Shown: piece by piece, positions 1 through 8,968 of the stretch
How the letters are laid out: the number at the start of each line of letters is the position of its first letter
How positions within the stretch are numbered: the first letter of the stretch is position 1
NCBI RefSeq assembly: GCF_016458275.1
Contig: NZ_JAEMHM010000002.1
Coordinates: 1-64,000 of the forward strand
DNA: 64,000 bases
From: Geomesophilobacter sediminis
Lineage (GTDB): Bacteria > Desulfobacterota > Desulfuromonadia > Geobacterales > Geobacteraceae
Reading direction: 5' to 3'
Notes under the pieces: model-generated
What the model was told of the DNA's origin: nothing
Database searches by the model: none
What the model saw: only the letters and a program-made list of their open reading frames with translations
Position numbers and translations under genes: made by a program

Positions 1-1080
1 GGGCGACCGTGATGGCGAAGGCCGGCAGCGCCGCCGAGCCGGCGGCGTTCGCCGCACTGATCACGATGTTCGGGTAGTTCCCGGCGTCGGCACGTTGCGG
101 GGTGCCGGAAAGCGCGCCGGTGGCGGAATCGAAGGCCGCCCAGGAGGGCTTGCCGGTGATCGAGAAACTTGCGGCGTCGGTCGCGTTCGGGGTGAAAAGG
201 TAGCTTTGGACGGCGGTCACGGTCGTGGCCGGGGTCCCGGAGATGGTCGGCAGCGGTGGTAGCGGCAGGGCGACCGTGATGGCGAAGGCCGGCAGCGCCG
301 CCGAGCCGGCGGCGTTCGCCGCACTGATCACGATGTTCGGGTAGCTCCCGGCGTCGGCACGTTGCGGGGTGCCGGAGAGCGCGCCGGTGGCGGAATCGAA
401 GGCCGCCCAGGAGGGCTTGCCGGTGATGGAGAAACTTGCGGCGTTGGTGGCGCTCGGGGTGAAACGGTAGCTTTGGCCCGCGGTCACGGTCGTGGCCGGG
501 GTCCCGGAGATGGTCGGCAGCGGCGGTAGCGGCAGGGCGACCGTGATGGCGAAGGCCGGCAGCGCCGCCGAGCCGGCGGCGTTCACCGCGCTGATGACGA
601 TGCTCGGGTAGTTCCCGACGTCGGCTGTCTGCGGCGTGCCGGACAGGGTGCCGGTCGCGCTGTCGAACGCGGCCCAGGAAGGTTTGCCGGTGATGGCAAA
701 ACTCGCCGCGTCGGTTGCGGTCGGCGTGAAAAGGTAGCTCTGGCCGACGGTCACGGCGGCGGCGGGGCTCCCCGAGACGGTCGGCAGCGGCGGCACGGTC
801 ACCGTGATGGCGAAGGCGGGGAGGGTGGCCGCCCCGGCCGCGTTGACCGCGCTGATGACGATGCTGGAATAGATGCCGGCGTCGGCAAGCCTGGGGGACC
901 CGGAAAGGGTGCCGGTGGTGGCGTCGAAGGCGGCCCAGGACGGCTTGCTGGTGATGGTGAAGCCGGTGGCGTCGGTTGCCGTCGGGGTGAAGCGGTAGGC
1001 GTAGCCGACCGTCACCCCGGTTGCCGGGGTGCCCGAGATGGTCGGGATGGTCGCCCCACCGCTCGTAGGCCGGGAAACGA
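1..1080. repeat. Tandem 267-bp (89-codon) direct repeats, ~95% identical, copies starting at 1, 268, 535 and a more diverged copy ~802. They encode successive He_PIG domains of the giant surface protein, and the array probably continues upstream of the window
   Basis: Direct comparison: gggcgaccgtgatggcgaaggccggcagcgccgccgagcc recurs at 1, 268 and 535 with long identical runs. Confidence 0.85.
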
Positions 1081-4000
1081 TGATGTTTCGCTGCACCGTG
1101 GCGACGTTCCCCGCCAGGTCGGTTGCCGTGGCGACGACCGCGTACTGTTTTTCATCGGGAAGGTCGATCTGCTGGGCGAAGGCCCCGGCGGTCAGCGCCG
1201 GGGTGAAGACCTTGCCGTCCACCGCGATGACCACCGTGGCCGCGGTGTCGGCGTCTCCCGCGCTCCCCCGGACCAGGTAGGACGATGCTGCGGTGACGAT
1301 GTCCTGGTTCGGATCGGTGATCGCCAGGGATGGTTTGGACGGGTCGCAGACGACGGTCCGCTTGGCGACGCTCACGTTGCCGGCCCGGTCGGTCACGGTG
1401 ACGATGATGGTATTGGTCCCGGCGGCGAGGTTCACCGCGGCGGAGAAGTCGTTGCCGTTCATGACCGCCGGTACCGCGGCTGCACCGTTGACCGCTACGG
1501 TTACCGTGCACGGCTCGCTGACCGTGCCGGTGACGTTGATGGCGGTCGCGGCGGTGATGCTGGTATCGGCCGGGGCCGCGATCGTGATGGTCGGCCCGGT
1601 GCTGTCGAGGGTGATGGTCCGGCTGTCCACGGTGCGGTAATCGAGGAAGTCGGTGGCCGCGACGGTGATGGTGTTCGCCCCCTCGGCGAGGACGACCGCC
1701 CAGGCAAAGCTTCCGTCACCGTTCACCGGGACGGCACCGCCGTTGATGGTGAGGCTTTTCAGTCCGTTGGCGCAGGTGACGACGCCGGTTATGTTGAGGG
1801 TGCGGTTACTGGTGACCGAGCCGTCCGGCAGGGTGGAAATGACCAGGACCGGGACCGGGTTCGTCGCCGGCGCGACCGCGATGGAAAAGGCGGGAAGCAC
1901 CGCCGACCCCGCTGCGTTCACCGCGCTGATGCCGATGTTGGCGTAGGTGCCCGCGTCGGCGTCCGCCGGGGTGCCGGAAAGGGTGCCGGTGCCGCTGTCA
2001 AAGCCTGCCCAGGCCGGCTTGTTGGTGATGGAGAAGCTCGCCGCGTTGGCGGCGGTCGGGGTGAAACGGTAGGGCTGCCCTGCGGTAACGCTCGTGGCCG
2101 GCACCCCCGAGATGGTGGGGAGCGGCGGGAGCACGGTGATCGTGAAGGCGGGGAGCGCTGCGGTTGCCGTGGTATTTGCCGCGCTGATGACGATGTTCGA
2201 ATAGGCGCCGATGTCACTGCCTGCCGGGGTGCCGGAAAGGGTCCCGGTGGCGGGGTCGAAGCTCGCCCAGGCCGGTTTGTTGGCAATGGTGAAGCTTGCG
2301 GCGTTGCTTGCCGACGGGGTGAAGCGGTACTGCTGCCCCGTGGTCACGGTGGTGGCCGGGGTGCCGGATATGGAGGGGGCGGGCACGGTGACCGTGATCG
2401 AGAAGGCCGGGAGGGGGGCCGTTCCGGTGCCGTTGACCGCGCTGATCACGATGTTTTGGTACACCCCGGCGTCCGCGAGCCCCGGGGTGCCGGAAAGGGC
2501 GCCGGTCGCGGTGTTGAAGCTGGCCCAGGCCGGCCGGTTTGCCACCGTGAAGCTCGTGGCATTGGCGGCCGACGGGGTGAAACTGTAGCTCGACCCGGCC
2601 ACCACGGTACTTGCCGGGGTGCCGTAGATCATCGGCATCGGCAGGTTGACCCGGACCGTGAACGGAGCGAGCGCGGTGGTCCCGGTGCTGTTGACCGCGG
2701 AGATGGTGATGCCGGAATAATCTCCGGCGTCGGCGTTGGTGGGGGTCCCGGTCAACTGCCCGGTGGCGGTGGTGAAGTAGGCCCAGGAGGGCTTGTTGGC
2801 GATGGAGAAGCTCGCGGCGTAGCTTGCGGTCGGCGTGAAGCTGTAGGTATTCCCCGCGGTGACGCTGGTCGCCGGGGTGCCGGAAATGAGCGGCAGCGGC
2901 AGCAGCACGGTGATCGAGAAGGGGGGGAGCGACACCTTGGTGGTGTAGAAGGTGGCTGAGATGACGATGTTGTTGTAGGCGCCGATGTTGCCGGTGGTCG
3001 GCGTGCCGGTCAGGGTGCCGGTGGCCGTGTCGAAGCTCGCCCAGTAGGGCATGTTGGTGATGGAGAAGCTGGTGGCGTTGGGGGCGGCCGGGGTGAAGCG
3101 GTAGGTGCTGCCGGCCATGACGCTCGTAGCGGGGATGCCGCCGATGGCCGCGGCAACTCCCTTGTAGACCGAGCCGGCGTTGGTCCCGGCGTAGACGATC
3201 TGGCCGGCCGTGTCGATGGCCAGGGAATAGACGTTGGTGCTGTTCAGGTTGGTGTTGATCGCGTTCCAGGTGTCGCCGCCGTCGGTCGACTGGAACACCC
3301 CGTTCCAGGTCCCGGCGTAGATCGTGTCCTCGTTGGCGGGATCGATCGCCACCGCGGAGACCTGTCCGCTGTAGACCTCGCTCCAGGAGCTCCCCCCGTC
3401 GGTGGAGCGGTACACCCCGGTGTATGCCCCGCCGTCGCCGTTGGTCTTGCTCCCCCACCAGGTGCCGGCAAAGAGCCGTTGCCGGCCGCTACTCGAAGCG
3501 AGCGCGGTGACCACGGTGAAATCCGGGCTGAAGGAAAGCCCGGTGTTGGCCGCGCTCCAGGAGGCCCCGCCGTCCGTGCTTTTGAAAATCCCCCGCCCGG
3601 TTGCCCCGCCGTTGCTACCGGTCCCGACGTAGACGGTCTGCGGAGCCGTCGGGTCGAGGGCTATCGAGGCTACGTCCGTAGAGGTAAGGCCATTGCTCGT
3701 TGCGGTCCAGGAGTTCCCCCCATCCGTCGATTTGAACACCCCGCCGGTATCCGTCGGATAGGCACGGCTGGATCCCGCGTAGATGATCTGGCTGTTGCTC
3801 GGGTCGATGGCAAGCGCCCAGACATGCGTACTGCTGAGCCCTGTGTTGATAGCTGTCCATGATTGCGCTCCGTCGGTTGACTTGAAGATGCCGTTGTCGG
3901 TGCCGAGGTAGATGCGGCCGTCCTTGTCGATCGCCAGGGCGAACACCTGGCTGTTGCCCAGCCCCGTGTTCGCCGCGATCCAGGAACTGCCCCGGTCGGT

Positions 4001-4195
4001 GGATTTGGCCACGCCGTTGGTCGATCCGACGTAGATGGTTTGGCTGTCGGTGGGGGAAACGGCCAGGGCGTTTACCGGTGCCCTCTGCAGACCGCCCGTA
4101 GGTTCCCAGACCGTGACGGCCATCGCGGGGACACTGGCGAGATACATCAAAAAGAAGGCAGCGGAAAAACACAGCCACTTAACCCGGTTCTCCAT
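1..4195 (-). CDS. Giant secreted surface protein, 5' end of gene at 4195, continues beyond window start. Signal peptide, six BNR/Asp-box (S-x-D-x-G-x-S/T-W) repeats, then at least 12 tandem ~89-aa 'putative Ig' (He_PIG-like, PF05345-type) domains and Ig-like (Big) domains
   Basis: Manual minus-strand translation from ATG (complement of 4193-4195) with AGGGGGA RBS gives MENRVKWLCFSAAFFLMYLASVPAMA followed by STDRGSSWIAANTGL and STDGGNSWTA-type BNR repeats. These are followed by repeated IS/G TPATSVTAG..Y.FTP.A..A.SFSI.NKP.WA.FD..TG.LSGTP..AD.G.Y..I.ISA.N module. The frame is continuous and sensible; ORF track omits it because it runs off the window edge. Alternative-frame ORFs (2214-3458, 3615-4178) are R/G-rich artefacts. 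Confidence 0.7.
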   Translation of the reverse strand, partial: MENRVKWLCFSAAFFLMYLASVPAMAVTVWEPTGGLQRAPVNALAVSPTDSQTIYVGSTNGVAKSTDRGSSWIAANTGLGNSQVFALAIDKDGRIYLGTDNGIFKSTDGAQSWTAINTGLSSTHVWALAIDPSNSQIIYAGSSRAYPTDTGGVFKSTDGGNSWTATSNGLTSTDVASIALDPTAPQTVYVGTGSNGGATGRGIFKSTDGGASWSAANTGLSFSPDFTVVTALASSSGRQRLFAGTWWGSKTNGDGGAYTGVYRSTDGGSSWSEVYSGQVSAVAIDPANEDTIYAGTWNGVFQSTDGGDTWNAINTNLNSTNVYSLAIDTAGQIVYAGTNAGSVYKGVAAAIGGIPATSVMAGSTYRFTPAAPNATSFSITNMPYWASFDTATGTLTGTPTTGNIGAYNNIVISATFYTTKVSLPPFSITVLLPLPLISGTPATSVTAGNTYSFTPTASYAASFSIANKPSWAYFTTATGQLTGTPTNADAGDYSGITISAVNSTGTTALAPFTVRVNLPMPMIYGTPASTVVAGSSYSFTPSAANATSFTVANRPAWASFNTATGALSGTPGLADAGVYQNIVISAVNGTGTAPLPAFSITVTVPAPSISGTPATTVTTGQQYRFTPSASNAASFTIANKPAWASFDPATGTLSGTPAGSDIGAYSNIVISAANTTATAALPAFTITVLPPLPTISGVPATSVTAGQPYRFTPTAANAASFSITNKPAWAGFDSGTGTLSGTPADADAGTYANIGISAVNAAGSAVLPAFSIAVAPATNPVPVLVISTLPDGSVTSNRTLNITGVVTCANGLKSLTINGGAVPVNGDGSFAWAVVLAEGANTITVAATDFLDYRTVDSRTITLDSTGPTITIAAPADTSITAATAINVTGTVSEPCTVTVAVNGAAAVPAVMNGNDFSAAVNLAAGTNTIIVTVTDRAGNVSVAKRTVVCDPSKPSLAITDPNQDIVTAASSYLVRGSAGDADTAATVVIAVDGKVFTPALTAGAFAQQIDLPDEKQYAVVATATDLAGNVATVQRNIIVSRPTSGGATIPTISGTPATGVTVGYAYRFTPTATDATGFTITSKPSWAAFDATTGTLSGSPRLADAGIYSSIVISAVNAAGAATLPAFAITVTVPPLPTVSGSPAAAVTVGQSYLFTPTATDAASFAITGKPSWAAFDSATGTLSGTPQTADVGNYPSIVISAVNAAGSAALPAFAITVALPLPPLPTISGTPATTVTAGQSYRFTPSATNAASFSITGKPSWAAFDSATGALSGTPQRADAGSYPNIVISAANAAGSAALPAFAITVALPLPPLPTISGTPATTVTAVQSYLFTPNATDAASFSITGKPSWAAFDSATGALSGTPQRADAGNYPNIVISAANAAGSAALPAFAITVA

Positions 4196-4597
4196 GGTGT
4201 CCCCCTGTGTTTTCAAAGCGCTACAAATCCCACCTCGTTTCCAGGTGTTCCGGATCAGCCAGGGGCCGCATCCTCTCCAGCGGCAGAGCGCAGCCCAAAT
4301 GCCAGCCACCGTAGCAAATTGCACACCAATGGGTATCTGCTCGATTTTTCAGGTGGAATGTCGTCTTTGTCGGGGGGGAGTCCGGCGAAGTGTAACAAAA
4401 ATGAGACTTCGCTTAACCGCGGCGCAAAAGCGCTGCCGGTAATGTTCTCGGGAAGTTTCGGGGGTTCGGTGGCAGGAGGTTGCAGTAATGCGGTGTTGCG
4501 GCGGCACCGTCGCCGCGATGAGGTGTAACACCCCTTTTACACTACCGGCAGCGAAACCGGGCCGCTGGAGATCGCGGCAGCGCCGCCAGCCAGTGCG

Positions 4598-4910
4598 TTC
4601 CCCCCTTTGGCAAAAGGGGGGCAGGGGGGCGTGGCTATTGGTTCCCCCCTTTGGCAAAGGGGGGGCAGGGGGGATTTGCCTTTTGTTGGCCCATCCGACC
4701 AATCTCATCCAGAACCACAGCCGTTTCCAACACTACCTGTCGATTTCCGGGAACCAGGTTAATGCTCGCTCGAAAGACGGCGTGACTATTGGTTCCCCCC
4801 TTTGGCAAAGGGGGGGCAGGGGGGATTTGCCTTTGGTCGGCACATCCGACCAATCTCATCCAGAACCGCTGCCGTTTCCAACACTACCTATCGGTTTTCC
4901 CGGAAATCCA
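4598..4910. repeat. Tandemly duplicated ~151-bp intergenic element (copies ~4635-4785 and 4786-4910, plus partial copy 4598-4634). Each carries a G/C hairpin CCCCCCTTTGGCAAAGGGGGGG followed by GGGGGGATTTGCC (REP family D)
   Basis: ctattggttcccccctttggcaaagggggggcaggggggatttgcc...catccgaccaatctcatccagaacc...gccgtttccaacactacct repeated with period 151 bp, 400-700 bp upstream of the surface-protein start. Confidence 0.8.
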
Positions 4911-4920
4911 GGAAGAGCCA

Positions 4921-4961
4921 CAAAAAAAGGCACCCGGCCAGTTTGCCGGGTGCCTTTTTCA
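4921..4961. terminator. Rho-independent terminator (bidirectional hairpin ggcacccggc-cagtttg-ccgggtgcc flanked by A-run and T-run), downstream of the minus-strand PEGA gene
   Basis: aaaaaaaggcacccggccagtttgccgggtgccttttt. Confidence 0.6.
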
Positions 4962-4981
4962 CTGTCGATCCGTAGGAATGG

Positions 4982-6364
4982 CTACTGCTTCTTCCTTCCC
5001 TCGGTCGTTTCGCCCTTGGCGATGCTCTCGGCGATCGCGTCGAGCACCTTGTTGAGGGCCCGCTGCAGCCCGCTGTCAGAGATGTTCAGCATCCCGGTCC
5101 AGACGGTCTTGCTGGTCTTCACGTCGAGAAGCTTCGCGGTCACCGCCACGCGGGCCACGTGCATCTTGGCGGAGCGTCCCTTGGAACCGTAGTCGAGCTC
5201 CCACTCCTGCAGGGTCTTCGGCTGCTGGGGCAAGGCGAGGTTCTCGGCCTTGAAGTAACCGACGTAGGCGTCGTAATCCTTCTGGTAGCGCGTCTTCTCC
5301 TTGGCGGAGATGGTCGGGGCGATGGTCACGTCCTCTTTCGCGGAGCTGTATTCGGTGATGCTGCCGATCAGGAAGTAGCGGGTCTTGAGCGGGTCGGCGA
5401 TGTTCTTGATCAGCTCGATTCCGGACAGCCGCTTGCGGGCGTCCAGACCCGCGGCGGGAGCCGGCACCGCGACGCTGCCGACGGCCTCCGTTGCCCCGGC
5501 GGCAACCGGAGCCGGAGCCGGTCCGTTCACGTCGGCAATCGCCTTCTCCAGATATTCGCGCTCCAGGACCGGGAAGCCCTTACGCTGCAGCTTCAGGATC
5601 AGCGAATCAGTGATGGTGGTCTGCACGTCCTTGGGCACCCCGTTGAAATCCATCACCGCCACGGCAGCCGCAGTCGGGATCTCCTCGTCCGGGTTCTTGA
5701 AGGCGTCGATGAAGACCGGCTTGTAGGCGACCGCATCGGCGTCGGGATACTCGATCTCCGGCGGGGCCGGGGCGGTCGGGAGCGGCTCCAGGTCGAAATG
5801 GAGCTCGACGTCGCTGCTGCTCGCCTCGGTGGCGATCATCTTGGGGCGGTACCCGTTCAGGCGCGCCAGGTAGTAACCCTTCTCCCAGGACGGCTTTTCC
5901 TCGGAGGCGGCGTCGGTCTTGGACTCCTTGTAGGGGGTCGGTCCGAGCTGCTTGGTGATGTTGTTCTTGTCGGTCCCGAACAGGATCATCGCCTCGCTCG
6001 GTTTGGAGGTGACGGTGAGCCGGATCGTGGTGATCGGCTGCATGCTGAAGGCGAGCTTGAAGCTCTGCGGCTTCCCGTTGGCCGGCGGCGCCGGCTGCAG
6101 CCGGGTCTCCGACTTGTACCCTTCTTTCTCCACGCGGTAGTACCCGGCGGGAAACTTGTCCGGCTCGAACTGGTCGGCAAAGGGGGTGGTCCCCAGCGCT
6201 ACCCACTGGTCCTCACCCTTGAGCGAGTAGGAAACCTTCGCGCCGGCCGGGGTTGAGATGATCTCGCGCTTCAAGGGATCCTTGCTGAACCAGCCGGCTG
6301 TGGCAACTGTCGGCAAAACAGAGCACAGGATCAGGACAATAAACAAGCGATACAGGTGATGCAT
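4982..6364 (-). CDS. PEGA-domain lipoprotein/secreted protein. N-terminal signal, PEGA-like motif (ISTPAGAKV), Pro/Ala-rich linker, C-terminal CsgG/LpoB-like region (weak)
   Basis: 460-aa ORF, GGAGG RBS 7 nt upstream of ATG, signal peptide MHHLYRLFIVLILCSVLPTVATAGW. Confidence 0.75.
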   Translation of the reverse strand: MHHLYRLFIVLILCSVLPTVATAGWFSKDPLKREIISTPAGAKVSYSLKGEDQWVALGTTPFADQFEPDKFPAGYYRVEKEGYKSETRLQPAPPANGKPQSFKLAFSMQPITTIRLTVTSKPSEAMILFGTDKNNITKQLGPTPYKESKTDAASEEKPSWEKGYYLARLNGYRPKMIATEASSSDVELHFDLEPLPTAPAPPEIEYPDADAVAYKPVFIDAFKNPDEEIPTAAAVAVMDFNGVPKDVQTTITDSLILKLQRKGFPVLEREYLEKAIADVNGPAPAPVAAGATEAVGSVAVPAPAAGLDARKRLSGIELIKNIADPLKTRYFLIGSITEYSSAKEDVTIAPTISAKEKTRYQKDYDAYVGYFKAENLALPQQPKTLQEWELDYGSKGRSAKMHVARVAVTAKLLDVKTSKTVWTGMLNISDSGLQRALNKVLDAIAESIAKGETTEGRKKQ

Positions 6365-6385
6365 ACTATTCCTCCATTGCCGGAT

Positions 6386-8293
6386 TTAATCGAATTCTAC
6401 GGTCTCGACGAACTCCCTGGACCGCTTCAGGAGGGCGGCAAGGTCGGTGTCCGCCTCGGAGACCGAATAGATGAAGTCGCAGTAGTTTTCCGCCGCTTCC
6501 AGGTGCTTGCCCTGGGCGGCGAGTTTCTCCGCGTTGTTGAAACGGGCGACGGCGTACTTGCTGAGGGCCTGGGTGATCCCCTTGAAGAGGGCGTCCACTC
6601 CCTTGCCGATGATCGCGCCGCGGATCTCGTCGTCGGACTCGAACGGGATCGGCTTCTCTTCGATGCCGATTTCGGGGTTGGCGTGTTCCACCGACTCCCC
6701 GGTCAGCTCCGCCTCGGCGTTCACGGTGGATTCGCCGAGCAGGGTGCCGGTCGCGGTGTCGAAGAGCCGGAAGCTGACCCCGAGGGTGCCGTGCTTGATG
6801 TGGTGGATCACCTTGTAACGCCAGGTGGCAAAGGTCGGCTCGTCGATGTATTCCGGGGTGTTGGCCAGCGCCGAGCGCATGGCGGCCACGGTCCCGCCGC
6901 TCACCCCCTTGGCGAGCAGGCTCCCGAAGGCGCCGAACTGGCCGGCCACCTGCCGCGTCGCCGCGTCTGCCGCTTCGGCCGCCGCGAGCTTCTCCTTGGC
7001 CGCCTGGTACTCGGGGTTGGGCTTGGGAACCGATCCGGACTGGTAGCTCTTGGTCAGGCTTTCCGCCTTCTTCTCGGTGGACACCTTGAACGAGGCGACC
7101 TTGGTCGCGACGATCGCCTGGGGCCCCTTGAGCCCCTTGAAGACCGCCGGGTCCTTCGGGTCGACCAGCTTCTCCATCGGGATGTCCTTCTCCTGGGAGA
7201 GCTGCTCGATCGGCTTGTTGTTCACCACCCGCAGCAGGTGCTGGTCATCCTCGGTGAAGCGCTTCTTGAGCACTTCCTGCAGCTTCTCGGAGAGCTCGTT
7301 GTCCCGGCTGTACTCCTTGAAGGGAAGGATGGCCAGGGTGACCACGCTGCGGTCCCGGATCCCCTGTTCCAGGGAGGCGACCCGTTTCTTCAGTGCCTCG
7401 TTGGCCGGGGCCAGTCCGAGCGCCCGTTTCAGGTAGCAGACCGAGCCCCCGAGCTTTCCCTGCTCTTCGAGTTCGCCGCCGCAGCGCGCATAGTAGCCGA
7501 CCAGCGCCTCGCGGGCCTCGGGCTGTTCCGGGTCCAGGGCGAGCGCGTCGTTCAAAAGCTTCACCCCGGCGCGGTTTTTCTTGGCGGCGATCTCCGCCTG
7601 GCCTTTCTGGTAGAGCGCCTTCGCGTTTTCCAGGATCTTCTGCGTCTCGGCGAGCTTCGCCTGGACCTCCTGGTCCTCGGGATCGTTGTCCAGCGCGGAC
7701 TTCAGGTCGTCGATGGCGGCCCGCCATTTCTTATCGGCAAGGGATCGGCCCGCGGAATCGAGGAACTCCTGGGTCCGCTTCGCCTGGGCCTGGCATTCAT
7801 CGAGCCCCTTCTGGGCCTTCTCGTTATCGGGATTGATCTTGAGCGCCGCCTGGTAGCTCGCCGCCGCGAGACGCCACTGCTTCTTGGCGGCGTACTCCTC
7901 GGCTTCCTTGAAGCTGTCCACGCTGCGGTTCAGCAGTTCCGCCCGCTGGTTGAACGCGGACTGCAGGGCCTGGAGGCTCTTCTTGTGATTGCGGTCCAGG
8001 GAAAGGGCGCGTTTGAACTGGAAGATCGCCGCGTCGTACTCCTTCTTGGCGGCGAGCTCGGTTCCCTTTCGGTAGGAGGCGGTGACGCACTCTTTCTTGG
8101 CGAAATAGAGGTTGGTGCCGAACTGTTGGTCGTTGGAGAGGTCCGGGGTTTCCGTTTCCGCTTTCCGGTACTTCTGGTACGCCTCGCAGTACTTGCCGCT
8201 GCCCAGAAGCGCGTCACCCTCGTCGACGATAGTGACCTTCTTCCCGGAGCAGCCGAGCGTCAGCAAGAGTAAAAGTGTAACAAGTACCCTCAT
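6386..8293 (-). CDS. TPR-repeat lipoprotein (start moved to MRVLVTLLLLLTLGCSGKK lipobox; ORF track extends to 8371)
   Basis: Lipoprotein signal with LTLGC lipobox, AAAAGGAA RBS, multiple TPR-like helical repeats (AAxYQxALKINPDNEKA-type). Confidence 0.75.
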   Translation of the reverse strand: MRVLVTLLLLLTLGCSGKKVTIVDEGDALLGSGKYCEAYQKYRKAETETPDLSNDQQFGTNLYFAKKECVTASYRKGTELAAKKEYDAAIFQFKRALSLDRNHKKSLQALQSAFNQRAELLNRSVDSFKEAEEYAAKKQWRLAAASYQAALKINPDNEKAQKGLDECQAQAKRTQEFLDSAGRSLADKKWRAAIDDLKSALDNDPEDQEVQAKLAETQKILENAKALYQKGQAEIAAKKNRAGVKLLNDALALDPEQPEAREALVGYYARCGGELEEQGKLGGSVCYLKRALGLAPANEALKKRVASLEQGIRDRSVVTLAILPFKEYSRDNELSEKLQEVLKKRFTEDDQHLLRVVNNKPIEQLSQEKDIPMEKLVDPKDPAVFKGLKGPQAIVATKVASFKVSTEKKAESLTKSYQSGSVPKPNPEYQAAKEKLAAAEAADAATRQVAGQFGAFGSLLAKGVSGGTVAAMRSALANTPEYIDEPTFATWRYKVIHHIKHGTLGVSFRLFDTATGTLLGESTVNAEAELTGESVEHANPEIGIEEKPIPFESDDEIRGAIIGKGVDALFKGITQALSKYAVARFNNAEKLAAQGKHLEAAENYCDFIYSVSEADTDLAALLKRSREFVETVEFD

Positions 8294-8504
8294 AGCATTC
8301 CTTTTGGGGGCGGGTAGAGACTGTGGAGACCGGTAGGACAGTAAAATATAACTATATTTGATAATTATCAATAGCTTTGTCGCTTTTTTTGTGAGCTTTG
8401 GGTACCGTCTGTGACAGACCTTCCGAAACCGTAAGCGAGCGAAAAATAAACAGACGGGAAACGCCGGCGCGGCCGGTTCGAGGCACCGGTTCCGGGCGTG
8501 GTGT

Positions 8505-8527
8505 GGGAGCGCCTTTCCAGGCGCGAA
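8505..8527. repeat. REP family A element (GGGAGCGCC-TTTCCA-GGCGCGAA hairpin)
   Basis: Same 23-mer or its reverse complement recurs at ~34110, 37384, 37596, 37724, 37921, 43151, 43201 and variants at 28107, 46018, 48350. Confidence 0.7.
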
Positions 8528-8968
8528 TGAGCGCAGCGAACGGGTGCCGACAGAACCAAGACGGATTGGGCCCCAGCCTGTGGATTAGTGCTAAATAATT
8601 TTGCTTCGTGCGTGGATGCTTCATAGCACCTCTCAATGACCATTGGTGCCTTGTAATAAAACTGTAAAAAAATGGACATGTCCAAAATGTTACAGTTTCT
8701 GGTTAAGCACCTGATTCACTGTCACAATTACTGGCATTCTACTTTCTGTAGTAACGAAATGGACACCCCAGGCCTGATTCAGGGAAATGCTTGCCATTGC
8801 TAACCTCTTGATTAATCGCCACTTCTGAAATCCTTACAAAGGCATCCTTTTTGTAATGCCCTACGGTCTGGAGCAGCGTCGGTGGTTCGGTTCCACCTTC
8901 GCCGCGTCTGCAGCTTTGGGCGAGTCGGCCGGACCGGGACCGGCTCGGTAACAAAAGGAGGCCTTACC

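Noticed and set aside
2214-4178. 414-aa and 187-aa minus-strand ORFs listed in the ORF track inside the surface-protein gene
   Set aside because: They are in the wrong frame (R/G/H/Q-rich). The true frame starting at 4195 gives signal peptide, BNR and He_PIG repeats and is open to the window edge.
6356-8272. 638-aa plus-strand ORF antisense to the TPR lipoprotein gene
   Set aside because: L/G/R-rich low complexity. The minus frame has a lipoprotein signal peptide and TPR repeats.
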